Part shown: piece by piece, positions 16,711 to 16,955 of the stretch
Layout: every line of letters begins with the position of its first letter
How positions within the stretch are numbered: position 1 is the stretch's first letter
Source of the DNA: Bdellovibrionota bacterium FG-2
GTDB taxonomy: Bacteria; Bdellovibrionota; UBA1018
Reading direction: 5' to 3'
Length of the DNA stretch: 16,955 bases
Assembly: GCA_051382305.1 (NCBI GenBank)
Contig: JBBCAV010000112.1
Coordinates: 1 to 16,955 of the forward strand
Made by a program: the position numbers and the translations under genes
The notes under the pieces: model-generated
Seen by the model: the letters and a program-made list of their open reading frames with translations, nothing else
What the model was told of the DNA's origin: nothing
The model's database searches: none

Positions 16711-16955
16711 GTGGCAAGCCCTAATTTGATCGTGTACAAGGGGTGGATGTGGGAAACCCTTTGCATTGCGCTTCCTGTTTCTTTGACGTATCTCGGAATG
16801 ATGACCATGGCCCTTGTGGATTTGCTCGCCGTGGGGCGAGTGAGTCCCGCGGCCATGGGCGGGGTTGGGATGGGAACGTCCATCTTTTCATGGGTTTATG
16901 TGACGGGTATTGGGGCGTTTTCGAGCCTGGATTACTTTGTTTCTCACTCCTTTGG
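16711..16955 (+). CDS. MATE-family (NorM-like) efflux transporter, N-terminal part, runs off the window (absent from the ORF track)
   Basis: My translation from GTG 16711 (GGAG at 16699-16702): ...ETLCIALPVSLTYLGMMTMALVDLLAVGRVSPAAMGGVGMGTSIFSWVYVTGIGAFSSLDYFVSHSFG. This matches the MATE TM1-TM2 pattern (ALP...VD...VGR...VSQAFG). Confidence 0.85.
   Translation, partial: MASPNLIVYKGWMWETLCIALPVSLTYLGMMTMALVDLLAVGRVSPAAMGGVGMGTSIFSWVYVTGIGAFSSLDYFVSHSF

Noticed and set aside
479..16883. Numerous short ORFs antisense or out of frame within the called genes (e.g. 1405-1965, 10364-10834, 16632-16883)
   Set aside because: Shadow ORFs of well-supported genes with no motifs; 16632-16883 is antisense to the MATE gene.

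Overview
Compact bacterial chromosomal window; the gene styles (degenerate REC-HD-GYP protein, small Cys-containing secreted orphans) suggest Bdellovibrionota/Oligoflexia, which is inference only. It opens with what looks like the 3' end of an IS200/IS605 tnpA plus its hairpin right end (1-138) and a structured intergenic stretch. Then come a SWIM-SNF2 helicase, a convergent degenerate REC-HD-GYP regulator, proC-psd and a 4-TM membrane protein. The core is an ISC Fe-S assembly operon (Rrf2-iscS-iscU-iscA-hscB-hscA). It lacks fdx/iscX here and runs with tight spacing into an orphan family-5 (OppA-like) solute-binding protein, a HadA/HadB-like MaoC dehydratase pair and a secreted orphan. A ClsC-like secreted phospholipase D, a second secreted orphan and the start of a MATE transporter close the window. 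The most notable points are an HscB with a human-HSC20-like tetracysteine domain, the extended ISC operon, an operator palindrome over its promoter, and a doubly degenerate c-di-GMP signalling protein.
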